Origin: Lingula anatina
Lineage: Eukaryota; Animalia; Brachiopoda
Direction of reading: 5' to 3'
Length of the DNA: 64,000 nt
Assembly (NCBI GenBank): GCA_051362555.1
Contig: CM120640.1
Span: 65,512,788-65,576,787, forward strand
Shown piece by piece: positions 37,901 to 50,500 of the stretch (the stretch's first letter is position 1; every line of letters starts with the position of its first letter). The notes beneath the pieces were generated by a model. It saw nothing but the letters and a program-made list of their open reading frames with translations, was not told where the DNA came from and made no database searches. A program made the position numbers and the translations under genes.

Positions 37901-39169
37901 CTATTGGTGAGAAAATCCTTAGAAAGTTTTTTGTCATTGTCAATTACAGCCAAATTAAAACACAAAAAATGTCTGACATTTTCAGAGTTCTACGAAGAGG
38001 GCCAGTAAACCAACTGCCATGGATGAAATGCATGGCTTGCTGGTGAGTATTTAGAGAAAAATGTAGTAGGTAGCATGTTGGCAGTTTTTTAAGATATACT
38101 GAGTTGAAGTGCCACAGATAACAATGTACTAGTAGTTTAGTACCTTTGGTTTTAAATGCAATGGCAATTACTCTCTGTGGTGAAGGGGTAAAATATCAAC
38201 ACAGTAAAATATCCTCTCACCATACAATTGTCACACCCACTTAGGAACATTATCGTGTTTTGAATGGTTCTTATGGTTATTAGTACATATCTCAGAATTT
38301 TTTATTTTATAGGTCAAACTGAAAAGGACAAATTCTGAAAGTGAAAGTAGGGCAAGAGCAGAGGAAGAGAAGGGAACAGAATTGTCCCAGATTTTACTTA
38401 GAAGGAGAAACAAGACAGAAGGATCTCTTCCAGAAATCATGGAAGAAGTGAAAGAATCTGAGACAGAAGGTGGGAGTCGTTGATAAAAAAGAGTGTGTAG
38501 GTTTGTTGCTTTTTCTTTCTTGGCATGGGATTAGGGTTACAGTAGACATAGTGTAGCTCTTTTTTAACATATTCAATGTGTTTCAAATGTTTATGAAACT
38601 CTTTTGTACCAATCAGCACAAGTATTTGGTGTCCACTCTGCTTGATCTCAGCACTGCAGTCACTCTTGTCTGAAGATATTTTTGACCTGTAACAAAACTG
38701 TCTTTGTGACATGTTGAATTCCTTTTTTCTAAATGTAGTGAAACGTCCTGAGAATGTTTTACTAAATAGATTAGATTATGCTATAAGTAAAAGGTAAAAC
38801 ATACATGTATGTTGAGCTTTGAATTTTTTTTTCTTTTTTATTGAATTAATTTTAAAATAATCTAATGAATAAAATATCTTCTATTTCCTGTTTGTGTTCA
38901 TTCGTTTTATTTGCTTCTGTGCTTGTAGAAATAGATTTCACAAGAAATATAACTCATTTTTTTAATTAAAAACTTAAGTGACATTGTTGGTGACTGTTTG
39001 TATTTATGTAAATCCATCGAGAACCCATACACTTTTAATTAAGCAAGCCATTTAAAAATCAGTATTCACATGGGATAGCTTTAGTACTTTCACAGCACAG
39101 TAGTTAAACTCAAAATATATATTTTATATCTTTTCAGATCACCATTTGGAAATCAGTGTTGAAACTTGA
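25937..39169 (+). CDS. SHTN1: Shootin-1 (coiled coils, polyproline tract, WH2-like/FAB motif)
   Basis: Exons 25937-26021, 27450-27502, 27980-28040, 28590-28684, 34457-34616, 34808-34905, 35174-35255, 35424-35518, 35808-35954, 36133-36286, 36591-36708, 37366-37442, 37641-37729, 37986-38042, 38313-38469, 39138-39169. Motifs IEHECRAEAERYASK-INKENTKLKRESQALFAKLG, PPPPPPPPPPP, AIDEMMERIKRG..LKP and AMDEMHGLL resemble vertebrate shootin-1. Last-exon choice is less certain. Confidence 0.85.
26849..26920. repeat. Perfect inverted repeat with 34-bp arms and 4-nt loop
   Basis: ATCATGCAGAATATTATACTTACTAGTAAGCATG-CATT-CATGCTTACTAGTAAGTATAATATTCTGCATGAT. Confidence 0.9.
28231..28464. mobile_element. Foldback MITE with GG..CC termini and 3-bp TSD (PIF/Harbinger-like)
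   Basis: About 80-bp imperfect TIRs (GGCTTCGTTCACATGGAAAGTCTATTTTCT... / ...AGAAAATAGACTTTCCATGTGAACAAAACC) with ATA on both sides, plus an internal hairpin GCGAGCCAGTTACT..AGTAACTGGCTCGC. Confidence 0.75.
28960..30982. mobile_element. Helitron/Helentron-like non-autonomous element, copy C (inverted relative to A and B, more diverged), in SHTN1 intron 4
   Basis: Begins with hairpin GTACCACCAGCGTGTACGCTGGCGGTAC and ends GAGGCGGTATCGCCTC..CTCTAG|TT. TGACCTTTGACCT unit markers at 29850, 29996, 30142, 30287, 30427 and 30561. Confidence 0.85.
31137..33591. mobile_element. ~2.45-kb non-autonomous DNA transposon with TTAA TSD and AGG..CCT ends (Kolobok-like)
   Basis: TTAA at 31133-31136 and 33592-33595. 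Imperfect termini AGGAtttgctTCATA versus AGGAcaatggTCATA (reverse complement). Matching subterminal inverted blocks GGTCACGTGGTCCGATGACGACAAT / ATTGTCGTCACAGTACCGCGTGACC and AACTGAGCTGCAT / ATGCAGCTCAGTT. More CpG than the flanking intron; no long ORF. Confidence 0.65.
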
Positions 39170-41640
39170 ATATGAGAATGTATGTAATATCTTCCACATG
39201 CACCAGTACCTTACATTTGCATTTTGTAAATTAAAATTTAAATGTCTTTTCAGATGCAGTGTTTGGATAGGAAGAGACTTACCTCTACACTATGGATTTT
39301 GATTGACTTTGCAGTCGAGGGATGTGTCTATGCATATTTTTAAAAGCATACAAGTGTTGGTCATATTTCAATTAATGTTCTCCAAAGGCAATACGTAATG
39401 TATGCAAAGATTAATAGATTTTGTTTTGTAACTTTTTATCTTTTTTTTATTTAGTCTGTGCTTACACTTGTGTCTCAAGACATATAATGTCACAATTTTT
39501 TTTTAATATGTGACCACTTGCCATGCTCAACAATCACATTTTGACGCAAAGTGTAAATGTGAGAAATGTATGAAACAATTTGTTCATCTTTAGTGTAAAG
39601 AGAAAAATGGGAATTAATATATCTGTTGAGCTAAGAATTCGGAAGAATAATCATTTCTAAATAAAAAAGTTTATGCAATTGACAACAGATAAACTTATTA
39701 TTTTTACTTTTCACAAAAAAAAGCTGAAAAATAGAATTTGTTTACAAAAGCTATATGTTATAGACCATTGGAAAAGAAAAATAATGGAGGCATTTACAAT
39801 AAAAGATTGATATGGTGTCTAGACTGTTTATTCCATGTTTCACACCTTTACTGATATTTGAATTTCTTAAATGAGGGAAGTGTTCCTTGGTTCCCAGGGT
39901 TGCTCATAGTGCAATGAGGTTCTAAAATTGCTATCTCAATATACTCCTTGAACATTATGACACTTGGTGCCTTTATCAGTTGTTCAAAGTGTTAAGACAT
40001 ATATATATAAACAAATTAAATGCAGAGTGATTTAAATAATGAAATAATTTAAAATCCTATTAGTTATCTTAAAGTGAGCATTAATTCTACAAAATTATTC
40101 AATTTATTATAAAGTTATGAAGGGCAAAGTTATGTAGCATTTTAGATCATTGTGATACATTCCAGTTATACCAGAATTACATGCATGTGTATGTGATGTC
40201 ACTATATTAATTATATCATGGGTAGATGAACAGAAAATTGTAGTGTATATTTTTTGTGTTAAAAAAATGAGATGGTATTAGGAAAATCTTATCAAGCATA
40301 TGACTGTAATGTTAGTTGGAGAGAGTTTGCAAACAGTGTAAAATATACTTCTTTTAGTCAGGCTGCAACTCTTTGAAAACTCCTTTGCCATCTATCTTGC
40401 CTACATGTCACTGAAACTATTCCATTAAATTTCTTTGTTTCATGTGTGTAATGTGCCATTCTAGTTTAATTCTATGTTTAAACAGCCCACCCTGTATACT
40501 AAAAAAATAGCCAGCATTTGGAAATTCAATTATCAAAGATTTGCTGTCAGTTTTTGTTACATAACCTATAATAAACATTTGTATGGTTGCATAATATATA
40601 GATCACAGAAAATCCTATATAATATCATGTTTCTTTTGTAGTTGGTTATCAAATTTTTGTTACATTTATGAATAATATTGTCAAAAGTTAATGATTTGTA
40701 TTGAAAACACTGGTTTCATTTGTGTAATGCTTATAAATTACAAGTCATGTCTTTTATTTAAAATACTATTGCTGCAAAGTGTACTTCAAGTTTGATAAAA
40801 TTTCCATTTATTACTTAGAAGCGCACTTTTATTCCTTTCTGGATCTCCATTATGATAAAAGTTTGTATTGATGTTCTGTACAGATCATCTTGGATGGTTT
40901 TCAAAAAATAAAAGTATAATGAAAAAAAAAAAACCATGAAACTTGCTATTATTAATATCCATATAACCCAAGAGTCCACATATGCATACCCACAAATGCC
41001 TAGAACCAGTTTTTCAAAAATGACTTTAAAGCAGCTATGCACAGCCATTTTGTAATATTGGTGTGAAGGTTTTGCTATCCATTTACAAAAATATATAATG
41101 TACATACTTGGGTATTTAAAAATAAATTGTCACCACAATGATAAGTAAAAATTTTAAATTCATAAAATGTTTAGAACAAACCATGTAAATCTGACATGTA
41201 CAGATAACCTGTGTCAGTGTACACATTTTAGTATTAAAATACTGGCAAAATTAGAACAATATTCAAGGAAGTACAATTTGCAGCAGAAAGTGGTTCATAG
41301 TCATATTCAACTTTGGATTTGCCAACTATGATTTCCCATTCAATCCAATAGCAATAGGGAGACTCACTTCTAGTTCTGGAGTTATGAGGCCTGGGAAACT
41401 GACCAAGACCGACATTATTAAATAAATTGTAAGGCATCCCCATTTCAAACTTGACAGGTATTTAAAGCCCACAGGTAACCCCAGCAGCAGGTTTAGGTTA
41501 AAACAGTTACCATTTGGATGAGAGTGTCAAAAGACCAAATTATTTAAGAAATATAAATGGGAAAATGTAAGGAATAATCATTTCTTGCCCATTTTTGACC
41601 CACATTTTAGGACAAATAATCACAAGAGTTTGAAGAAAAA

Positions 41641-42031
41641 TGTTGACACTAGGTTGTTGAAGTTGGGCTAATGCCATATGCATGCCAATGCTGTCTTGCT
41701 ACATGTACCTGTATCTGGGTAATTTGTTTGCACACAAAAGTGAGGCTAGTGGTTTTTCATATTCTATGTAAAACACAAGTTTACTAGGATTCTTGGTAGG
41801 TTAAGCTTATAATGACTTTCTACTATATTACAAAGGTTAGAGCAAGGTAACATTGGATCAACATCGACAGGGCTAACATTAGGTTGTTGATGTTTGGCTA
41901 ACACCATATGCATGCCAATGCTGTCTGGATAGTGTTTGTACATAAAAATGAGGCTAGTGGTTCTTCAAATTCCATGTGAAATGCAAGTTTATTTGCTAAG
42001 ATTCTTGGTAGCTAATTAAAGAATGATTTTC
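41641..42031 (+). repeat. Diverged direct duplication (period ~230 bp) between the SHTN1 and DTNBP1 3' ends
   Basis: TAGGTTGTTGA..GGCTAA..CCATATGCATGCCAATGCTGTCT..TGAGGCTAGTGGTT..GATTCTTGGTAG occurs at ~41650-41800 and ~41880-42011. Confidence 0.75.
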
Positions 42032-42542
42032 AATCTATGTCCTTTTGTAAACCAGATTTTGCATATTTTTTTCATTTTATCATGATATTAATATATCACG
42101 ACTGTTTCCAATAAAATGATGCCACTGGCATAAAGGAAACCCAGAGTTTAATTCTCTCTATCAATATTTACCTAATATATTTGCTGATCTGTAAAACTAA
42201 CTAAAATTCAATGCTCCCTCAACCAATGAACCCAACATGTTGGTTCTATTTGAGTACTAATTCAATTCAATTAAAGAATATTCTCACTTGATAAATTCAC
42301 AAAATACAAAATTACTGAATGTGCATTGAATTCATGTGGAATGTAAATTAAGCGCCATTTAATTCACTTGATGGTATTTTAACACAGCTAAACTGGATAA
42401 AACATCAAATCAAAGTGAAATCAACCAAGCAATCCAATAAACTAAAATCACCATATCCCACTTAGGATGTCTTTCAGTTAGTATGGAAGCCCATATGTTT
42501 ACTATTGAGTTTGAACTTAAACCATTTCTGCCAAGCCTAGTG

Positions 42543-45334
42543 CTAGCTTGGCTGATCTTGCTGTAAAGTATGGTCTTCCAGTTCATCATCAATAAATCCC
42601 TCCTGTGTCTCTCTGTCAGGTACACTGCAACTTGAGGTTACTGTGTCAGAGCGAGGCTTACTCTCAGTTTTTGTCACCTCAGACTGTTTATCTGGTGTTA
42701 CTTCATCATCATCATATATATAACAATCTTCAGTTTCCCTGGCCTCTGTGGCTTCATCTGGAAATGAAAACACTTTAAATATGAAACACAAGTAATACCT
42801 TTTAACTGCGGACCACAAATGTAAGTTGTTAAAAGACACTTAAGTATTATTATATCTGATATAACATATTTACACTGACAAACATGCTTTCACTGGCATC
42901 AGCACATCAGCATATCCTGATTGACTTTCTTATGATTTGCTTAAAACTTGGCCTGTGGAAAAAGATTCTTTTTTTGTTATCATATGAAAAACTGAAAGAT
43001 GTCAATATGATTTATATTTCCTCTCTCACCAAGCTCTGTGGCTGGTTGTGCTGGGTCCAGTTCAGTGGAGTCCAGGAAGTCATTGAGGGCATTAGGATCC
43101 TCTTCTATGGACACTTCTGCAAGATCCACTGGCTGACCACTATCAGAGCTGGGTTGTCCTGGAGAAAAAAATAACCTCAATAACAAATTTTCCAATGAAA
43201 TAAAGTTGTTACTTCAATGAAGTCTTTTTTGGAAATGATTTTTTACATAACACTAAAAATATTTAAGTACTTTCATCAATTTTCTTCTAAAAAAAATCTA
43301 ATTGATTTTTAAAGAAAAAAAAACATTAAAAACAATAATATCTCTCAGATAATTAAAACTGTGCTGCATTGAGCATGAACGATAATTATACTACAATACA
43401 TCAAAACGTAAAATTAATATTAAAGTAATGCTTACTTTGCATCTGTCCATAAGTCTTGTAGTATTCCATTTCCTCTTCAAATGCTTGCTCATAGGCTTCT
43501 TGTCTTTCCTTCATCCTTAACTGACAACTTAGTTCATAATCCCGCACCCTTACAACATGCTCCCCTGCCAGCTTAACTGCATAATAAGATATATAAGTCA
43601 AACACTGAAGTTGACATGAAATTTGATACTTTTTTGGTATATTGAAAAATTATCGCAGAACATTGTTTTACAAAATGGCCACAAGCAAAAAAATTTTTAC
43701 TAACTATTACAATCCATAACAAAATAGCAATATAACAAAAACACCAACTTTATTCCTACACTGAAAATCCTTCACAAGTCCACTAACCTACCTTTCATCT
43801 GCTCCAAATCTGCCTTCTTCTTCTCCTTGTACAGTGCCAGCTGATACCTGTGGTTCAGTTTACTCCTCTCCAGCTCCTGCTGCTCACACACTTGTTCCAG
43901 GGAAACCAACAATTTTTCCACATCCTCAAACTGTGAACTTAGAGATGCTGGAGAAATAGAATAATATAATTTAAATATGAAATTATCTCTATATAAAATT
44001 GTAAATGTAAAAGGGAGCCCTGTTTGAGTATGTTTGATAAAATCAACTTCTGTTAAGGAATAATTTCTACCATGATGTAAAATGTTTTTTCTTTCCGGGT
44101 AAAGTTTCATCTAACATTATCTGCAAACTCAGTTATTCTGATACTGACATTAAAAATATATAATTCTTTGATAAAAAAACTATAGTGTAGTATAATATGC
44201 TGGTATCAAATCTTGAGTTATTCCTACCAATTTTCCTGCTTATAAGTTCAATATCTTGAACAAGTTTTGGCAAGTGTGACAGCTCCGAATTCAATTGGCT
44301 CATGAGGTCTGACTGTCTCTGACATAACTGGTAGAGACTAGTGATTGTTTCATCACATTGCTGTGCTTTTTTGGCATTCTCCTCTGATGCCAGGTGGATG
44401 GATGACCAATGTTGTTGGTACCTTAAGAACCACATGTTAATACAACTTAATTTCAGCAATATTGACTTTAGGCTATAAATTGGTAGCATACTTTACATGT
44501 TGCTTTGACTATGCGATAGCTACTAAAAACGAAATCTGGAAAGGCAAAAAGTTGGCATTACACTCCTGATGCTAGTATACTTAAATGTAAACTCAGCAGT
44601 TATTGTGTTTAAAAATTATAAGTCGACAATACGTAAAACTGTAATATGCCTCTGAATTACCATGTACTAGTAAGAGGGTAAGAGAAACTGAATGAACCTA
44701 CATGTTGAGAATATCTGCCCCAGCATCATAGTTGACATTATCCTGCAAAGACAGTTTCTTCAATTCAGTTGCCACTCCACTCTGAGCTCCCTCTCGCAAT
44801 GATTTGAACCTGTATAAAATGTGGGTTGGAATCTAATATAACCCATTTTCTTGTAAATATAACCTGATACTAAATAAACTAAACAGACAAAACATATAAC
44901 CCAAGTACAATGATGGGGGAAATAATTAAATAAATTACCTTAGTTTATGTGATAAATGAGCATGCTCTTGGCTATGGTTTATCAAACCACAAAGAACATC
45001 TCAATTACAACTACCCTACTGTACATCACAGCTCTACAGTATGTTAGAATAGCTGCACGTATTTCAACCCTCTGCTGCCTTTATTGCCTCAGTTTTCGGT
45101 CTTACGTGCGTGGTTACCTGCACTGATCACATGTACCTACTGCAGCATACAGACCAAAAACGCAGACGACTAACGACGTACATCTGTAAATGTACGTTTA
45201 CATGTACCAGTACATACATAACGTTGTGTTGCGTTGCACCCTTAGCTTCATCTCATAAACCATTCGTCTTACCCTGCACTTATATCATTTTGAACGCTCT
45301 GTAAAGTCCCTTTTATGGACTTAAATACACTCAT
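42543..45334 (-). CDS. DTNBP1: Dysbindin (BLOC-1 subunit 8)
   Basis: Exons 45334-45273, 44809-44702, 44421-44228, 43947-43792, 43576-43436, 43158-43030, 42757-42543. Motifs LQSVQNDISAG, AGADILNMYQQHWSSIH, FEDVEKLLVSLEQVCEQQELER, MKERQEAYEQAFEEEMEYYKTYG, ALNDFL and an acidic tail. Confidence 0.9.
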
Positions 45335-45513
45335 TTCTAATGTTTAAACGTTGCCTTCTTCCCTTGCTTGCAATTAGTCATATCAACAGTACATCGTCAG
45401 GTGACTTCTCAAGTGAAACGAGTAATTTCTCGACTCCAAATAAAGAAGATCATGTTTTTCTTTTGTAAAAGCATAGAAGTAGAGATGAATTCTATTCAGT
45501 GTTAGTTTGTTTT

Positions 45514-47583
45514 TAGCGTAGTTGTGTCATAATATGTGTATTTGGTTGTATTTCCTTTTTTCATATCTTTTTAATTTATTTAAAATGTGAAACATAAAAT
45601 ATCTATAATATAAAACCGACATTAAAAGAGACGTTTTGCAGACAAATTTGCCGAAAGGGGGCGGTAGTTACGCTCAGAAAAGTACAACTTACAAGCGCAG
45701 GAGAGTCGCTAGAGGTAAATCGAAAGTAGCATAGAATAAATTTATCTTTAAATAAATGCTTGAAGCATCAATTGGAAATTAACAAGTAAATATTTTCATA
45801 AGTCAGGTTTTTATATTTTTATTGAGAAGTGTGGCAATGCATTTTTTAATTAATTTGAATTAATTTATTAAAATAAATTAAAACTTGCTGTTGTTCGTTC
45901 TTTGGCTACTACTACCAGTAATACATATACATGTAAATATATAGAACAGATGTGCTTGATAATGTTACAAGTATACGTGTTAAATTCTTTAACATAATTG
46001 TTTATTTGTGTGGGGGCATCATGTGCAGTGCATAAACAGATTCTCCATACTAAGCCTGCTTTGTTTTTAAATCATCAACAATATTTGGTTTATTTTTTAA
46101 AAAATATTTCCAGTAGCAACATGTCACAGATTATACTAGTTACAAATAATTTCATCTCTTTCTTGCAAATTGTTATCAATGTAAAAAGAGTTCTGAAAAT
46201 ATTTATACTTTAATGATTTAAGTGTTTCATGCACACATTTTATGTTATAATTAAAATGCAAACTAATATCCCAATTGTAATAAATGTATTTACAGAAATT
46301 TTTATTTATAAATAGTTTCAGAAACACCAAAAATATCAATATTGATGATAATATAAACAATTCACATGTTACTGCAAAGTGCTGATTTTGATTAAAAATA
46401 AAAATCTAGTGCATAAATCAGTCAAATTATTTTTTTCTTCCTGAACCAGAGCGCTGGCTGGCTGTTTCTGATCCTGGTTCTTTCTTTTGTAGCGTAGTTG
46501 TGTCATTATATGTGCATTTGGTTTTATGTGTACTTTTTTCATATCTTTTCAATTTATGTAAAATGTGAAACATAAAATATTTATAATATAAAACCGACAT
46601 TAAAGACGTTTTGCAGACAAATTTGCCGAAAGGGGGCGGTAGTTACGCTCAGAAAAGTACAACTTACAAGCGCAGGACAGTCGCTAGAGGTAAATCGAAA
46701 GTAGCATAGAATAAATTTATCTTTAAATAAATGCTTGAAGCATCAATTGGAAATTAACAAGTAAATATTTTCATAAGTCAGGTTTTTATATTTTTGTATT
46801 GAGAAGTGTGGCAATGCATTTTTAATTAATTTAAATTAATTTATTAAAATAAATTAAAACTTGCTGTTGAGTGTTGTTCGTTCTTTGGCTACTACTACCA
46901 GTACTACATATACATTAGCACGAAAATCCATGCGTTAGCACTCCTATTGACGATTCTGATATGTACTGGCTGTGCTAACACAGCTGTGTGTTAGCACAGC
47001 CAGTACATATCAGAATCGTCAATAGGAGTGCTAACGCATGAATTTTCGTGCTACATGTAAATATATAGAACAGATGTGCTTGATAATGTTACAAGTATAC
47101 ATGTTAAATTCTTTAACATAATAGTTTATTTGTGTGGGGGCATCATGTGCAGTGTATAAACAGATTCTCCATCATCAACAATATTTGTTTTATTTATTTT
47201 TATATTTACAGAAGCAACATGTCGCAGATTATACTAGTTACAAATAATTTCATCTCTTTCTTGCAGATTGTTATTTATGTAAAAAGAGTTCTGAAAATAT
47301 TTATACTTTAATGATTTAAGTGTTTCATGCACATATGTTATAATTAAAATGCAAACTAATATCTCAATTGTAATAAATGTATTTACAGACATTGTTATTT
47401 ATAAATAGTTTCAGAAACACCAAAATAGCAATATTGGTGATAATATGAACAACTCACATGTTACTGCAAAGTGCTGATTTTGATTTTTTTCTTTTTTTTT
47501 TTTAATCTAGTGAATAAATCAGTCAAATTATTTTTTTCTTCCTGAACCAGAGCGCTGGCTGGCTGTTTCTGATCCTGGTTCTT
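45514..47583 (+). repeat. Tandem duplication of ~1 kb (45514-46482 and 46490-47583) covering DTNBP1 upstream DNA, the ENO4 3' flank and the last ~17 ENO4 codons
   Basis: Both units start TAGCGTAGTTGTGTCAT and end ...CCTGAACCAGAGCGCTGGCTGGCTGTTTCTGATCCTGGTTCTT. They differ by scattered substitutions, indels and one MITE. Confidence 0.92.
46916..47053. mobile_element. 138-bp almost fully palindromic MITE with TAG..CTA termini and 3-bp TSD CAT (Academ-like)
   Basis: The whole element folds back on itself. CAT at 46913-46915 and 47054-47056. The empty site CATATA-CAT-GTAAAT is present in the other duplicate (~45924-45938). Confidence 0.88.
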
Positions 47584-50500
47584 CTTCCTCAGGAACTGGA
47601 GGAGGAGAGATCTTTGGAAATGCATGAGGTTCTAGAGGTGACAGCTTTCCTTGTTTACTTAAATTGTCTTCTAATTGTAAAAGTCTGTTTATTTTAGCAA
47701 TTCTCTCTCCTCGGCTTGGACCTCCAACTTTTATGAACCTTGCATTAAGACCCACAGCCTAAGTAAAAAATTTAATATATTTCACAAAAAATATATAAAA
47801 TTATTGACATAAAACACAGACACATCAAATCAATATGTATTTATGATTTCCTATAACTATATGTATACTATTAAATTTTTGTTTATGATATTCTATATTT
47901 TCATAAATTAATGCTGCAGAAAAGAAATTTACCATATCTACTATTTGTGTGTCACTGGTTTCACCCTGGCATGAGGACAAGATAATCTGATTCCCTGCTT
48001 CTGAAAAAAATTACAGAAAATTAAAACATTAACTTATCTTGCTAAGAGATAATAAAGTTCATCATCATTTCATATTTATTATTTATTTGTTGTTGTGAAA
48101 ATTTACTTAATCCAGAGGTGTACTTTCTGGATTCAGTGCAGAAGATAATATTTTACCATCCATATTAAAAGTACATCAATACTTATCTCATAGTATCAAG
48201 ACATTTAATCACATGAGTAGCACCTCACCTTCCATTTTCTTGGCACAGTCCAGTATGTCAGTCACTTGGTTCATCTGCTCCAGTCTGAACACTACCCCAC
48301 TGCTGACAAACTCCTCTGTGAGTTCATCATGCTTCAGAAGACCTGGCCTGCTGTACACATTCTCACCAATTATAAAACATCTCTCGGAGAGCCTGTCACA
48401 GATTTCCATCCACTGTTTTTTCTCCTGTTAAAAAGAGTTTTAAAAATATAAGGTTTATAAATGAAAAAAAAATTATCTCAAATTTCAAATGTTACCACCA
48501 TCAAAATCATTAATTCATACTATGCAAGGAAAAGAATACTGCATTTGTCAATTTGTATATTGTATAGTGATATTTAAGATTGATTATTTAGTGTGTAATA
48601 GGAAGGCCTCAGCATTCACCTGTTGTCTGATGGGATCAATAAGACCTATCACAGAGGGATATCTGCCCAGCAGCTCTGCCCAAAACTCAACCATATCTTC
48701 ATAAGACTTCTGTAATCCTCCAATCACTTCATATTTGCCTTTTTCCTACAGAAAGAATCAAATAAATTAATATTTTACATCATCTGTGCTGTGAATGCAT
48801 TATCAATGAAATTTATTAATTTAAGTTATCATTTTGTTATTGAATAATCATCATGCTGGCAAGAAACAAACCTAAATTGTATTATCCATCAACTGTTATA
48901 ACTACACGTATCTCTGAATGAGGGACATATACCCTACCTATTACTGTACAAATTACATTTTAGTTCCACATATGAGTAAACCTTTGTTTCTAAATGTTTA
49001 AAAAAAAGCATAATCCAGAAAGTCTATTCAGATTTTCTTTTGCGTTTTGAAGTTACTCGGGGGCCAGCCATACCAATTGCAAACTCAAAGATACATTATC
49101 CATTGCTTCATAAATCTGTCATGAGGACAACATGGCAAACAAACATGTATTGAAAAATACAAGTTCTTTTAATATAAAAATGACCTCTATGCATCACTTA
49201 CAGCATCAAACCACTCATGTGCCCCACAATTTAGAACTATGTGGAAGTCTTCCCCAGGGGTCAGCTCTAGCCCTGTTATGGCATCCTGTAGCATGTCCAG
49301 TCCCTGCTCAGGACGGTCAATCTGGGGGCACAGTGACCCAAGGTCATTCACATTTTTCTGGATAATCTAAATAGCGTGAAAAAAAACACGAAAAAATTAA
49401 TTTTTCACTTCTATTTTCTTTTGAGTGTTGTCTGATCCAGAAGATTGCAATGTGAAGAAGTTTTGATGAAACAATTACATTAATTTTCACACAAGCTTTA
49501 ATGCATTTATAATATTATATTTCCAACCTGCAGTAATGGTTAGACACGAATATAATTGTGTTATAAATTGTTAAAAACACAGATACATTTACTAGCCATA
49601 AATCTTATACAAGGATTTAACTACGTAATGACAATCTTGTATCAGCTGACTGTTCATCACTGGAAAAGAATTTAAATTTATATCATCTGCATGCCAGGGG
49701 GCATGCAAAACCCTGATGAGATTGAAATGAAATTAATATTGTCTAATGTTCTGTCAATAAAAAGGTAAAAAGAAAGACCTGCTAATGCATTCAAAATGAT
49801 TATCCATCCTATTTAAAGAGGAAATGAAAAACCAGTCACATGCACTGCAACAACGTCTAAAAAGTAATCACTCCCAAATTCTAATGAATAAGAATGAATA
49901 AGAATTTTTTTCATAAAATGCACAACATTTTCTATAATTTTATTTTTAAAAATAAGTTATTCAAATTTAAATTGTCATTTATATCAAAATTCAAATCATA
50001 AATGGTAATATCACTAACCAACACTAGTGTTAAGAAGTTATAAGAATATTGAAATAAATCAAATGTCAAAATGCAGAGTTTATCATCTTGCATTCTGAAA
50101 GAAGAAATAAGCTGCATATGTAGCAAAAGAGATGTAGCGAGGAGAAAAATGTCATGTTTTCAAAGACCTCATCATTGGCTGATGTCATCCTGGCACTCAG
50201 CCTGGCACTGAGTCTGGGGTCCCTCTGTATTGACTGAAAGTGCCGCTGCCAAATGCAAATTGAAATTAAATTATTGTCTTGTTTGATCTGGTGGCAATAG
50301 CGTCATTTTATAACAATTATTATTTTGACATATAAACTCAAAATTTTAACTACCACAACAAACTATCAATATCCATGTGTTTATGGAACTGCTGGTGCTG
50401 TCATCTACATTGCAGACTAACTCTGATGTGTAGGTAATATATCTCATAAACACTATGTATCATTTCTATTTACAATATTTCTTGGTACTAAGGCAGCAAC

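Noticed and set aside
45640-45730. GC-rich block as a possible structured ncRNA or tRNA-derived SINE
   Set aside because: No A/B boxes, cloverleaf or convincing stem found; better explained as promoter-like DNA copied by the tandem duplication.
49712-49745. CTGATGA...GAAA hammerhead-ribozyme-like core
   Set aside because: Stem II and stem III cannot be paired around the core.
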